This document shows positions 26,799-39,667 of a DNA stretch of 43,980 nucleotides, one piece after another. Numbering within the stretch: the first letter of the stretch is position 1; each line of letters starts with the position of its first letter. Source of the DNA: Parvularia atlantis (lineage: Eukaryota). The notes under the pieces were generated by a model. It did not search any database, was not told the DNA's origin, and saw only the letters and a program-made list of their open reading frames with translations. Position numbers and translations under genes: made by a program. The DNA is taken from assembly GCA_943704415.1 (NCBI GenBank), contig CALSCO010000229.1, positions 1 through 43,980 on the forward strand, written 5' to 3'.

Positions 26799-27902
26799 AT
26801 GGACGAGCCCGCGAGCGCGGCCGGGCGCGACCTGCTGCGCGAGTTTGGCCTCGACGCGTCGCTGGTGCGCGCGGCGCCCCGGCCGCGCGGTCGGCTGAGC
26901 GGCGGCGCGACAGGACGACGATGACACAGCGCTGCCGCCGCGGATGCCCGGCTCGCGCGCGCGCCCATCGGCGGCGGCGGCGGCGACGACGGCAGCAGCA
27001 ACAGCGGGCGCCGCGGAGGACGATGAAGGCGGGCTGGACGCGGACGGGACGACGCCGGTGGCGCAGCTGACGCGGTGCGCGGGAGCGACGGCGCGATGCC
27101 GATGCCGATGCGGGCGCGGTGCTGATCGTGGCGCGGCGGCGCAGCGCGTGGCTCAACGAGAAGGGCGCGCCCGAGCTGCTGCCGTTCGAGCAGCCGCTGA
27201 TGGAGCGGCTGATGGGGCAGGTGCAGACGACGGTGCGTGGACGCGCGTGCGCCTCGGCGGCACCGGAGTCGTGACGCGGCGCGCGCCACGTCGCAGAAAG
27301 ACCGCGTCGACCGCGAGCGCGCCGAGGACCCTGCCAGCGCCTTCGTCGCCAACCTGTTCTACATGGAGCTGGAGCGGATCAAGTTCGTGATGCGCAGCTA
27401 CCTCAAGAGCCGCCTGGTCAAGGCGCGCGCCGCGCCGTGTTCCTGCATCGTGGCTGATCGGCGTGCGTGCGCGCCAGATCGAGCGGTTCGCGCAGTACAT
27501 CGTCGAGGACGACGAGCTGCGGCAGCGTCTCTCGCCCGACGAGCTGCAATATGCCGAGGCCTACGTGCGCCTGCTCGAGCGGCACTTGCTCGCGTCGGGG
27601 CTGCGCGAGCTGCCGGAGCAGCTGGCGCGGCTCAACGCGCCCGAGATGAGTTGCGTTCGCCGCTTGAGCCGCAGCTTGCGTGCACCGCTGACCGCATCTT
27701 CGCTGCCTGCCGCGTGCCCGTGCGCGCAGAGAACCGCCCGCGCCTGAGCAGCTACGTGCTGTGCCGCGTGCGGCGATCGCTCGACGGGTTCGTGCTGCCG
27801 AGCAGCAACACGAGCGTGGACCTGGCCGCGGGCGACGTCTACGCGATGCGCTTCGACGACGTGCAGGCGCTGCTGCAGCGGGGCGACGTGACCTTGTTGT
27901 GA
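26799..27902 (+). CDS. GINS4: GINS complex subunit Sld5
   Basis: LTRAWLNEKGAPELLPF, MELERIKFVMRSYLKSRLVKIERFA, RLSPDELQYAEAY, P.LSSYVLCRV, VDLAAGDVYAMRFDDVQALLQRGDVTLL. Confidence 0.93.
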
Positions 27903-28018
27903 GGACTAGGCCGGCAGAGCACTAGGCCGGCAGAGGACCGCTCTGGACTGCGACGCGTGCGCCTATGTACATAGGCAGGCGCCACACGCTGTCGATCGCA
28001 ATATACTGCCTCGTAGTC

Positions 28019-30150
28019 ATGGAGGCTGTTGCGGCAGAGCCACGTGGCCTCGTCGAGGTCGACCTGATCGTCGCGGCGCGCTGGCTGATCCCGGTCGAGC
28101 CGTACGGTGCGCGCCGCGTGCTGCGCGAGGGGGGCCCAAAGGCCGATCGCGTGCTGCGGCGCGTCGCAGATGTGTTCATGGAGCACGCCTCCGTCGCCGT
28201 CACGGGCGGGCGCATCGTTGAGGTGCTGCCGAGCGACGAGATGGCGGCCAAGTACCGGTGCGCGCAAACACGCCAGATGCGCGCGCGCCCCCCCTCGGCC
28301 CGCGCTGACGCCGATCGGTGCGCAGGGCCAAGGAGACCGTGACGCTGGGCGAACACGTGCGCACGCGCTCGTTTGTGCAACTGCGCAGGCGCGGATGCTG
28401 ATCGCACGTGCGATCGCGCGCAGCACGTGCTCCTGCCGGGCTTCGTCAACGCGCACACGCACGCGGGCATGCAGCACATGCGCGGGATGGCCGAGGACTT
28501 GCCGCTGAGCGACTGGCTTGCGACGATGGCGCGTGTCACGGCGTCAACACGTGCCGCAGCTGCTCACGGTGCGACGCCACGTGCAGATCTGGCCGGCCGA
28601 GGCCAAGTTCGTCAGCTACGACTTTGTGCACGACGGCGTCGAGATGGCGGTGGCCGAGATGCTCCGCAGCGGTACGACGTGCTTCTCCGACATGTACTTC
28701 TTCCCGGAGGCCGCGGTCGACGTGCTCGAGCGCACGCAGATGCGCGCCGTCGTGGGCGTGCCTCTGCTGGGTGCGCATCCGCCGCGCCTGTTCAATGGCC
28801 GCAGCTGTGCGCCGACCGCCACCTGGCGCCGCAGACTTCCCGACCAACTACGGCAAGGACTTTGACGACTACCTGGCCAAGGCGCGGACGCTGTACGAGC
28901 GTGTGCACGGCAACGCGCTCATCCGCACGGCCATCGCGCCGCACGCGCCCTACACCGTGCACGAGAACAATCTGCTCAAGGCGTGGAAGCTTGCGGAGGA
29001 GTTTGACGTGCGATGCCACTGCTGCTCGCTGCGCGCGGGCCTGCTCACGCTGCGCCGCCAGATCCCGTTCCACATCCACCTGCACGAGACCGAGGACGAG
29101 GTCGTGCACTCGCGTGAGGGCCGCGACAGCATGTCGCGCCACCGCAGCGACGCCCTCAGCACGCCGCTGGCCAACTTCAAGCGGCTCGGCATGGTCGGTG
29201 CGTCGCACAAGGGCACACTCTGCGCGCACCTGACCCGCGCCGGCGCTGCCAGGCCCGCGCCTCGTCGCCGTGCACATGACGCACCTGAGCGACGAGGAGA
29301 TCCGCATCCTGGGCGAGACGCACTGTGCGCGCGCGCGCGCGGCACACGGCGGTGTGAGACGGGGCGGGCTGAAGCGTGCGTGCGCGCAGCCAACGTCGTG
29401 CACTGCCCGTACAGCAACCTCAAGCTCGCCTCGGGCTTCTGCCGCGTGCAAACGCTGATGGACGCCGAGGTGCGTGTGTACTCGCCCGCGCGTGGTCGCA
29501 GCGGTGCTGAGCGCGACGCGACAGGTCAACGTGGCGCTCGGGACGGACAGCGTCGCGAGCAACAACGAGCTGTCGATGCTGGCCGAGGTCAAGCTGGCGG
29601 CGTCGCTGGGCAAGGCCGTGGCCAAGGTGCGCGCCCGTGCACGCGCGTGGCGTGGTGTGGCTGATACTCGGCGGACCCGCAGAACGCCGCCGCGATGCCG
29701 GGCTCGGCCGTGCTGCGCATGGCGACGCTCAACGGCGCGCGCGCGCTCGGTCTGCAGGACGAGATCGGGTCGCTCAAGGTGCGTGGGCGCGTGCGCTGCG
29801 ACGAGTGCGCTGCTGACGGGGAGGTTGCGCAGCCGGGCAAGGCGGCCGACATGGTCGCGGTGGAGCTGCGCGGCGTCGAGCACGTGTCGGTGTTCAACCC
29901 GATCATCCACCTGATCTACTCGTCGACGCGGACACAGTGCGTCGGACGCGCAGCGCATGGCGATCGCTGACCGGGCGGCAGGGTCACGGACGTGTGGGTG
30001 GCCGGGCGCCGCATGCTGCGCGACCGCCACCTGACGACGCTGAACGAGGACGACCTGCACCAGCGCGCCGTGCGCTGGTTCCGCGAGCTGCACGCGAGCG
30101 CGTTCCGCGAGCCGTCGGCCGCACCGGCCGCGCCCGAGACGGCAGAGTGA
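28019..30150 (+). CDS. Amidohydrolase of the TRZ/ATZ (MTA/SAH deaminase) family; intron-rich
   Basis: AARWLIPVEP, LLPGFVNAHTHAGM, IWPAE, EMLRSGTTCFSDMYFFP, APHAPYTV, HIHLHET, VHMT, HCPYSNLKLASG, LGTDSVASNN, MATLNGARALG, GSLKPGKAAD, VTDVWVAG. Confidence 0.92.
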
Positions 30151-30224
30151 CAAACTGCGGCAAACCACCCTTGTGCAATGCACTTTAGCGTGACGGCCGC
30201 GGCGTGATCGAGGGTGGTGCCAGC

Positions 30225-31179
30225 ATGGTGGGCGCGCAATGAGGCGGCGCACGACGACCGCGTGACCCGCGCGCGCCGCCGCCGCCCGCCGCCCGCCGCA
30301 GGAGCTCGTCGGCCCGCCCGTCGAGTACACCGAGACGCCGCCCGTGCCGTCGCGCAAGACGCACCCGTGGCTGAGCCACTACGTCGTGCAGACGGTCGAG
30401 TTCATCAACCGCTTCGCGACCGTCTGCGAGCACAAGTTGATGGAGGCGCGGCCGGCAACGTCCCCGGCCGTGCGCGCGGCCTGACCGTGAGCGCGCCGCT
30501 CCCCAGATGTCGCAGCAGCTCGAGAAGCTCGAGACGACGATGGCCTTCCTCGAGGCCAAGCTCAACTCGATCCCCGGGCTGCAGGACGCGGGCGCCGCGG
30601 GCGCGGTTGCTGCCGCGCCACGGTGCGGCGACGCTGCTGCCTGCCTGTCGGCCGCGCTGACGGTGGCGCAGGCAAGAGGAGGTCATCCTGCCGGCGGTCG
30701 GCGCGGACATCGTCGGCGGCGACGCGCCCTCGTACTCGTTCGGTGCGCGCGCGCCCCCTTGTGCGACATGCGCCGCGGACGCCTGCTCACGAGCCCGCAC
30801 GCGCGCACAGACGACGGCGCATCCGTACTCAACCTGCCCGCGCCCACCAGTGCCGGCTTCCCCGCCGCGCCGCCCGCGCCGCCCGCCGCGCCCGCAGGCC
30901 CGTCGGCCAAGAACGACCCGCGCTTCGAGAAGTACTTCAAGATGCAGCGGTTGGGCGTGCCCGACGCGCAGATCAAGCAGAAGATGCGCACGGACGGCGT
31001 CGACCCGTCGGTGCTCGAGTGCGTGCGCCAGCTCGCGTGCGCTCGCTACGTGCTGCCGACGGACGCGATCACGCGCGCGTGCGCACAGCAACCCTGACGG
31101 TCCCGCGCCGCCCGCGTCGAGCAACGGCAACGACTCGGATGAGATGTTTGACGACGACGAGGACGACTTTAGCGACTGA
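30225..31179 (+). CDS. WASHC3: WASH complex subunit 3 (CCDC53)
   Basis: ATG-only first exon, then ...HYVVQTVEFINRFATVCEHKLME|MSQQLEKLETTMAFLEAKLNSIPGL and DPRFEKYFKMQRLGVP...KMRTDGVDPSVLD/E; acidic tail. Confidence 0.92.
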
Positions 31180-31249
31180 CGCTCAGGAGTAACCCGGTGG
31201 TGTGCGTTGTCGGTGCATTTCACGCGTTGCGTCTACAAGGGCTGCGGCG

Positions 31250-31865
31250 CTATGCGTTCTGCTTCGGCACGAAGCGCAGCGAGGCCGAGTTCATGCAGTA
31301 CCGGTGCCCGGTCGGGCGCGGGCCGTCGTCTGCGCGCGCGGCGCGTCGTCAGCCGTGGTCGCCAAGTCGGGCGCGGGTGCGACGCACTGAACAGGTGGCC
31401 GAGGTGCGAGTGGCAGCGCGAGCACACGCTCTCCTGGCGCACCATGCCGTACGACGTGTCGGTGATGATCGCCGTCGCGCCGGGCAGCGCCTGCCAGAAC
31501 GAGGGCCAGCCCGTGCTGCGGCATTGGTCAGCAGCGCCTGCCGCGCGGCACCAGTCGGACGCGCACCCCGAGTCGAACTTGGTCGTGCTCTCAAACAGCG
31601 GCTGCTCGCAGACGATGCACAGGTACGTGCCCTCGTCCTTCGTCTTCCAGTACGGGCCCGAGAACGCGCGCTCGGTGCCGTGCTCGCGCGTGACGTTGTA
31701 CTGCGTGTACGCGCGCCTCGTCAGCAGCGCCGCACAGCAGCTGCACGGCTAGCCCGGCCGCACCTGCAGGCTCGTCAGGCGCTTGCGCAGCGCCGCGTCG
31801 TCCACGACAAACTTGGGCGCGCCCAGCGCGGCGGCGGCCGACGCGCGTGAGCCCGTCGAACCCAT
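31250..31865 (-). CDS. MSRB: Peptide methionine-R-sulfoxide reductase MsrB (Cys type, zinc-binding)
   Basis: [71 protein letters not shown]. Confidence 0.95.
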
Positions 31866-31943
31866 CCCGAAGCCTCGAGGCAGCCGATCGGATCGACGCA
31901 GGCGAAGTTCGACAGTGTGACAGCACGGCCACGTGGCGCACGA

Positions 31944-34900
31944 ATGGGTCGACGACGCGCCGAGTCGCTCGCGGTGAACCTGCCGCAGCTGCAGAACCTG
32001 ATCAAGCGCGACCCGGCGTCGTACCGCGACGAGTTCCTGCAGCAGCTGCGGCACTACGGTGCGTGCGCATCGGGCGGCACGTGCGACGCTGCGCCTGACG
32101 CACGATGGACGCGCGCAGAGGCAAGTCTGCAGATCTTCCTGCTCAAGCCGGCCGAGGAGGCGCGCGAGTTTGGCGAGCTGTGCATGTTCCTGAGCCACGT
32201 GCGCGCCGGTGCCGCCCGCCGCGATGGCGCCTCGCTGACGCGTCCCGCCAGGTCGTGCCGTGCTACCGCAGCGACGCCGAGCCGTTTGGCGCGCAGCTGA
32301 TGGGCGTGCTGCAGCAGCACTACGCCACATTCCACCCGACGCTGCGCCGCACCCTCGTGCAGTGCCTCATCCTCCTGCGCAACAAGGACATGATCCCCGT
32401 CGTCAAGTGCGCAGGCCGCGCTCGTGCTCGCGCATCGGGCTAACAGGCGGCGCAGGTTGCTCGAGCTCTTCTTCCAACTCTTCCGCTGCCCCGACAAGCC
32501 GCTGCGGCAGCTGGTGCGCGGCCGGGCGCGCCGTTACACTGCACGGCGCGCGACTCACCGCCTCGCGCACAGCTGTACAGCCACATCGTCACCGACATCA
32601 AAAACTGCAACGCGAACCACAAGAACAACCAGCTCAACAAAACGCTGCAGAACCTGATGTACTCGATGGTCCGCACGCGCATGCGCCCGCGCCGCGCCGC
32701 GCTACTCACGTGTTGGCGCAGGTCAACGACGCGAACGAGCTTGCCGCGAAAAAGTCGCTCGACGTCATGGTCGAGCTGTACCGCAAGCAAGTCTGGTGCG
32801 CGCGCGTGCGCCGTCGCCTTGCGCCCGCCCCCCGCTCACGTTGTTGTGACGCAGGGATGACGCCAAGACGGTCAACGTGATCGCGCAGGCGTGCCTGTCG
32901 CCCGTGAGCAAAATTGCGAGCACGGCGCTCCAGTTCCTGCTCAACGGCGACACGCCGATCGAGGAGGACGACGATGACAAGGCACGACGCGCGCGATCGT
33001 GTGCGAGCCCGGTCTGACACTGTGGCGACCGCACAGGACGTCCCGAACCTGCGCGACCTGCAGTTTGCGTACCGCGTCGGCAAGAAGACGAAGAAGCGCG
33101 AGCAGCGGCTCGAGAACGCGCTCAAGACGATCAAGCGGGTGCGCGGCGCCGTGCATGCGCTGGCGTCAACACTGACGGCGCGGTGCCCGGTGCGTTGGCA
33201 GAGAGAAAACATCAAGAAGAAGCAGCAAGACACGGGCTCGTTCCTCGCGCTGCACCTGATTAACGACCCGCAGGGCTTCGCCGAGAAGCTGTTCAACAAG
33301 CTGCGCGTGTCGAACGACAAGTTTGAGGTGCGCCGAGGCTGCCGGCGCACCCACGTGTGGCCGCGGCTGACGCGCGGTGCCGGGCGCAGGGCCGCCTGCT
33401 GCTGATGAACGTGCTCGGGCGCCTGATCGGTGTGCACCAGCTCATCCTGCTCAACTTCTACCCGTTCCTGCAAAAGTACCTGCAGCCGCAGCAGCGCGAG
33501 GTGCGTGCGCGCGCGCGTGCAGCCGTCCGGCAGGTGCTGACACGCCCGGGTGCAGGTCGCGCAGATCCTGACGGTTGCGGCGCAGGCCTGCCACACGCTC
33601 GTGCCGCCCGACGCGGTCGAGCCTGTGGTGCAGGTGCGCCGCCCGACCGGTGCTCGCGTGCTGGGCTGACGCGAACGCGCTTGTCCAGGCGATCGCGCAC
33701 AACTTTGTGGCCGACCACTGCGCGCCCGAGGTCATCACGATGGGGTGCGCGCGTCACGGCCCGCCGCACACAGACTTCTCACCGCGCTGCGGGTGCAGGC
33801 TCAACGCGATCCGCGAGCTCGCCGCGCGCTGCCCGCCCGCGCTCAGCGAGACGCTCCTGCGTGACCTGGCGCAGTACAAGAACAACAAAGACAAAGGCGT
33901 GATGATCAGCGCTCGCTCGCTCATCGGCCTCTATCGCGAGGTTGACCCGACGATGCTGCACAAGAAGGACCGGGTTTGCGCACGCCCTCGTGTCGCGTCT
34001 TGTGCGCTGACTGACGGTGGCGCGTGCGACGGCAGGGCAAGACGGCGCAGGAGAACCTCGGCGACTTCCGCCTGCCGCAGTTTGGGCAGACGGTCACGTA
34101 CGACCACGTGCCGGGCGCGGAGGTGCGCCTGCTTGCCTGCGATGTGCCCACGGTCTGCTGACGGCCGCGTGCGCAGCTGCTGCAAGCGATGCGCGAGCTG
34201 GAGGAGTCGGCCGCGGGTTCGTCGGCCGCCAACGGGGACGACGAGGGCGCGAAGGGCGAGGAAGGCGAGTGGGACGGGTGGGAGACGGCGTCGGACGAGG
34301 ACGAGGATGAGGACGACGACGGGGACGAGTGGGTGACGGTGCCGCACTCGGACGACGAGGACGAGGGCGGGAAGGGCGACGGGAAAGCGTGCGCACGGCC
34401 TCTCTGCGCGCCAGCCGCTCATCGCGCGCGTTCACAGGACCAAGGAAAGAGACACAGCGGCCGCGCTGCTCAAGGCAGCGCAGTCGAGGCGCGACCCTGG
34501 GCAACTGCTCGAGGCGCAGCGGGTGCGTGCCGTCTCGTACGCGCGCTGTCTGCAGGCTGAGCCGCTGCGCTGCGCGCAGATCCTCACGCCGGCTGACTTT
34601 GCCGAGATCAAGCGGCTGCGGCAGCAGGCCGACCTGGCCAAGCTGGCAATGTCCAAGGGGCAGAAGCGCAAGCTCGACCAGGCGTCGACAGAGCAGGAGA
34701 GCACGTCGCTGGCGTCGTCGATGTGCGCGCCTCTGCGCGCGCGATTGCACCGCGGGCTGAGCCGCGCGGCAGGCTCGAGTCGGCCTCGTTCGTGCGCTCG
34801 GCGGACGACATCGTCGACACGGAGCTGCTGCTGCGCAACACGAAGAAGCGCAAGCACACGTACGAGGAGCGCATGGCGTCGATCGAGGCTGGGCGCGAGG

Positions 34901-35150
34901 GCCGCGAGAAGTACGGCTCGACCAAGGGCACAAAGGAGCGCGGCTCGCTCACGAACCGCGAGAAGGCCAAGAAGAAGAACTTTGGCATGGTCCGGTACAA
35001 GAAGGAGGTCGTGTCGAAGCAGTTCCGGTCGATGCGCGACAAGCAGGTGCGTGCGTACTTGTGTGTGTGCTTTCGGCTGTGCTCATGCGTGTGCCGTCGC
35101 AGATCGCCCACCAGCAGGCCGTCGCCAAGGAAAAGAAGAAGGTGCATTGA
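31944..35150 (+). CDS. SDA1: SDA1 (60S ribosome biogenesis factor)
   Basis: [111 protein letters not shown]. Confidence 0.96.
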
Positions 35151-35195
35151 CGAGGGGGCGCCGCCGGTGCTGTACAGCGTCTGCGCATGTGCTAC

Positions 35196-35200
35196 ACAAA

Positions 35201-35231
<31 letters not shown>
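35196..35231. repeat. (CA)n tract followed by a poly-A run
   Basis: CACA... then about 18 A between the SDA1 stop and the RasGEF. Confidence 0.9.
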
Positions 35232-35278
35232 GGCAAATCGGAGCACCGACTGACTGCCTTGCACGGCTCGGCCGCCAG

Positions 35279-37000
35279 ACCTCACGTACATGAAGATGTT
35301 CCTGCTGACGTACCAGTCGTTCACGACGCCGACCAAGCTGATCACCAAGATCGGCGAACGGTGCGCGCCGGGGCGACAGCGGCTGCGGTCGCCGCCTGAC
35401 CGGCTCGCGTGCAACACAGTTACTACGTGCCCCTGCCGCGCGGGATGGCGTACGAAAACTTTGAGCGCAACGTGCGCCGGCCGATCCAGCTTCGCGTGGT
35501 CAACTTCCTCAAGCAGTGGATCGAAAAGTACTCGCGTGATTTCTATCTCGACAAGCCCGAAAACCTGTCGGAGGGTGCGGCTCCCAGGCTGAGGGTGCTC
35601 GCGCGAAGGCGGGCCGTAAACCGCCCAACGCAGTCGGCAAGGAGGTGCTAAAATTTGCGCGCGAAGTGTTGGCCGTGGACGATCCCAAGCTGGCAAAGCA
35701 GCTCATCGGGCTCATCCAGAAGCTGGTGCGCTCGGCAGCCCGCTGCGCCTCGCTGGAAGTCTGACCCGTGTGGCCAGCGTGACGGTGCGTTGCAGACGCA
35801 GAAGGACTATCGCGTGGACGAGCAGGCGGCGCCGATGCCGAGGGTGACGCGGCTCAGAGACGCGTTCCTCATGGGTACGCTCACGCACACGCTGCACGCG
35901 CAGATACCCTACGTGGCCAACCCCAAGCTGTTCCAGTACCACCCGGAGGAGATCGCGCGGCAGCTGACGCTGATCGAGTTTGAACTGTTTGCGTCGATCA
36001 AGGTGCCTGCCGGCGCCAGCACGCACACGAGCCGTGCTCAGCGCGCGCCCCCGCAGCCGTCCGAGTTTCTCAAGCAGAGCTGGAACAAGAAGGACGCCGC
36101 GGTTACGTCGCCTAACATCCTGCGTATCTCGGCGCGCTTCAACAAGATGGTCATGCGGCGGCGCGCTGTGCTTCGCCATGGTGCTCAACGCTCGCCACAG
36201 GTCCTCTGGGTCATCCGCGCCATCCTCAGCAAGGCCGAGGTGCGCAAGCGCGCGCAGCGCATGACCAAGATCATCGACATCGCCTCGGTGCACGGGCCGC
36301 GTGTCGCACGGCTGCGCCGTTCTGACCTGCAAACGCACGTGCGCAGTACCTGCAAACGCTCAACAACTTCTCAACGCTGATGGCCTTTGTCGCGGGCCTG
36401 AACGCGGCAGCCATCACGCGGCTCAAGTTTACGCGCACCGAGCTCAACGGGCGCACGCTCAAGGTGCGTGTGCATGTCTCTGTGGTGTGGTGTGCTGAAC
36501 CGGTCGCGTGGCAGCGCCTGGAGCAGCTCGAGCAGCTGATGAGCGCCGACGGGTCCTACAAGCAGTACCGCGCCGAAATCCACCGGGCCGAGCCGCCCAT
36601 CATCCCGTACATGTGCGTGCGGCCGTGCGCGTGCGGCCGAGCGCGTGCGGCCGAGCCCTGATGGGTGTCGCCGACAGCGGCGTGTACCTCGCCGACCTCA
36701 CGTTCATCGACGACGGCAACCCCAACACGCTCAACGGGCTGATCAACTTCTCCAAGCGGCGGCTGGACTACTCGGTCATCTCCGAGATCCAGCTGTACCA
36801 GGTGCGCGTGCGCGCTGTGCGCGGACGCGTGTTCAGGTGCGAGCGCGCGGCAGAATAAGCCGTTCAACCTGCGCGAGTACGCGCCGCTGCGCCGGCGGCT
36901 GCAGGAGCTGCCAGAGCCGAGCGAGGGCGACGACAAGGCGCTGTACGAGCTGTCGCTGCAGCTGGAGCCGCGCGGTGCTGAGCGTGGCCAGATCGCCTGA
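35279..37000 (+). CDS. Ras guanine-nucleotide exchange factor (partial REM + CDC25 domain); 5' end apparently missing
   Basis: YMKMFLLTYQSFTTP..L, IQLRVVNFLKQWIE, EIARQLTLIE, SPNI...RFN, NNFSTLMAFVAGL, PIIPY.GVYLADLTFIDDGNP, LINFSKR, LYELSLQLEPR. Confidence 0.9.
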
Positions 37001-37040
37001 GCAGGGCTTTGTTTTGTGTTGACCTCGCAGTTGATCGCGG

Positions 37041-38105
37041 ATGAGCGGCGCGGCGCTGCCCGAGCTGCCGGTCGAGACCGAGCTGGCGCCGGGGGTGTGG
37101 CGTGTGCTGGGCGGCAACGCGGGGGTGTACACGCTGCAGGTGCGGCCGCCGTGTGCGGGCCGTGCGGATGTCGGATGTGAATGCGGCCGATGCGCACACT
37201 CGCACGCCGACAGGGCACCAACACGTACGTGCTCGGGACGGGCGCGGCGCGGCTGCTGGTCGACACGGGCGCGGGCGAGGCGGCGTGGCGCGACGCACTG
37301 CAGCGGCTGGCGGTGCGCGAGGGCTTCGCGGTGGCGCAAGTGGTGTGCACGCACCGCCACGGCGACCACGTCGGCGGCCTGGGCGACCTCCGCGCGCTCT
37401 TCGCGCCCGCGCCCGTGCCGATGGCCAAGACGCCCGACCCGCACGACCCGCCCGGCGCCCGCCCCGACCGCGCCCTCGCCGACGGCGACGTGCTGCGCGT
37501 CGACGGCGCAGCCGTCCGCGTCGTCGCCACGCCCGGCCACACGCCCGACCACCTGTGCCTGCTCCTGCTCGACCCCGCCAGCGATGCCCCAACCGCCGTC
37601 CTCACCGGCGACGCCGTGCTCGGCCACGGCACGGCCGTGTTTGAGGACCTGGGCGCGTACATGGCCTCGCTCGAGCGCCTCCGCGCCCTCCTCGACGCCC
37701 TCGCGGAGCACGGACACGAGCTCCCGCTCTTCCCTGGCCACGGCGACGTCGTCCCGCACGGGCGCGCCAAGATAGCAGAGTACATCGAGCACCGCCGCGC
37801 GCGCGAGCGCCAGGTGCGCCCCCCTCGTGGTCCTCGCATGCGCCACCCATGCCCTCGTACCCGCACACCAGATCGTCGACTTCCTCGCCAACCACGTCCC
37901 GCCTGGCGGCGCTGCCACCGCCGCTGCGATCGTCGCGCAGCTCTACAAGGCCTACCCGGCGCACCTGCACGGCCCGGCCGAGGCCAACGTCCTGCTGCAC
38001 CTCCACAAGCTCCACCACGAGGGCGCTGTCGTCCTGCGTGACGACGCCGAGGCGGACCACGCCAAGCGCTGGGCCCTTGTTGCGCCCATCGCCCCGCGGC
38101 AGTGA
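37041..38105 (+). CDS. LACTB2: LACTB2-like metallo-beta-lactamase / endoribonuclease
   Basis: VWRVLGGNAGVYTLQ|GTNTYVLGTG, LVDTG, THRHGDHVGG, TPGHTPDH, TGDAVLGHGTAVFEDL..YMASL, PGHG, YIEHRRARERQI, winged-helix C-terminus (HLHKL..EG). Confidence 0.92.
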
Positions 38106-39184
38106 GAGGACCAGCTGGGCGCGGCTTGCCTGCCGAGATCGCGGCTTGATGAAGATGCCGCCGGCCGTCTGTCCAGATGGCCGTGATGCATGTTGGGCAG
38201 GCGTTAAAGAGGTGCTCGGTCGCGTTGCAGCCAGGCGCGGAGCAGCGTGTGTCTACCTCGGACGTGTACCGGCGCACGCCGTGGCCAAGGTTGATGCGCG
38301 AGATACCAGCAGAACGCGCGAACGCGCAGGCGTTCAGTTACCACGGTGCCCACAATAGCGCGACCAGTCGATCGGTGCTGCGACCACCGCACGCCAGCGG
38401 CCGTCCACGCCGGCGTCCTTGTCCGCAATGCGAGATGTGAGCGCTGCTGCAGAGCCGCGCACGGTGCAGTTGGCCATTGGCGTCGGCGGTGTGCAGGCCC
38501 AGCCTTAATCGAGCTGCAGGCGAGCTTGGACGAAGTCGATGTCGTATACGCCGTCCTCTAAGATGCCGACACGCGTGCTCGGCCACACGATGTGCGCTTC
38601 TTACAGATACACTGAGCCCCGTGTGGTGACCGCAGTGTGGACTTTGATGTGGAACATCCAGCGTTGTGCACCGGTCGACGGCGCCGTTGGGTTGCACTGT
38701 CGTGGCACGCAGCACCTCGGTCGGGGCGTGACCCTGCGTGAGAGCAGCGTTTTCTGTGCCCATATAGAATCTGCCCAACGCAGCTCGTGTGAATGTCACA
38801 AACGCGAAGACATTGCAGCAAATCTTGGCGAAGCAGCCGTAACTGACGCCGTGGTTTGACGTGTTCTCTCAAACAGCCGTCATCTGTCTGGGCAAGCGTG
38901 CACACGGGCTGTGCAAAGACGCGCCACATGCGCCGGCACACGCTTAGCCAAGCACACGCTCTTACATTTGTGGCAAACGCTGATCCTCACTGTACGTCCG
39001 CGCATCTCCAAACCTCGGTGGCCTGCCGTCCCTCGCCGACGACAAGCTTCTGTTCCTCAACAACTAGGGCGAGATTATCCAGCCGCTCAACGACGGAGCC
39101 CACGAATCATCACTGCCGAGCCATCGCTGCTACTTCGCGCGACGCGCCCGACGCGTGGACTTTGCTAGGCGTCCCCCGCTGGCC

Positions 39185-39445
39185 GACGACGCGCCGACCA
39201 ACTACCTCGGCTACACTTTCAACAACCGCACACGCAGACACTTCCTTGGGCTCGTGGCAACACCACTCTTTGACGCCCGCCGGGCGAGTCGTCGTGCTGC
39301 GCATTCTCGCGCTAAGCAAGGTGTTGTACATCGCCAAGCTGAGCACGCCACCGGCCGACATACTCAAGCAGCTCGCTCAACACGACGATCCGGGCGTTCT
39401 TCGCTCTGCTACCGCCCGGTCAAGGCGGTCTTGGCGCACCCGACT
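39185..39445 (+). mobile_element. Decayed non-LTR retrotransposon fragment (L1/Tx1-like, end of RT and thumb region)
   Basis: NYLGYTF, then after a frameshift SLTPAGRVVVLRILALSKVLYIAKLSTPPADILKQL. This matches the YLG...LS..GR..L....L.SK..Y......PP pattern of L1/Tx1 ORF2. No introns; frameshifted. Confidence 0.65.
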
Positions 39446-39667
39446 TGAGACGCCACATCTCAGCAATCCAGCTAGACAACCTGCGCGGCCTGCTCGACGC
39501 GCACGACAGCAGCTGGGAAGCGCTACAACCTCAACGGCTTTCGCTGTTCACCTGCCGCGACCAAGTGGCCGACGCGAGGCTGCCTGCAAGCTCGTACCCG
39601 TCGCCGATGTGACAAACCGTCGTGAACACTGCCTTCGACTGAGCTGCAGCCAGCGACACCTGACCAA

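Noticed and set aside
31250..31865. Selenocysteine MsrB or TGA recoding
   Set aside because: The catalytic residue is TGC (RYCMNS), and in-frame TGAs elsewhere fall in introns or at expected gene ends; the standard code fits.
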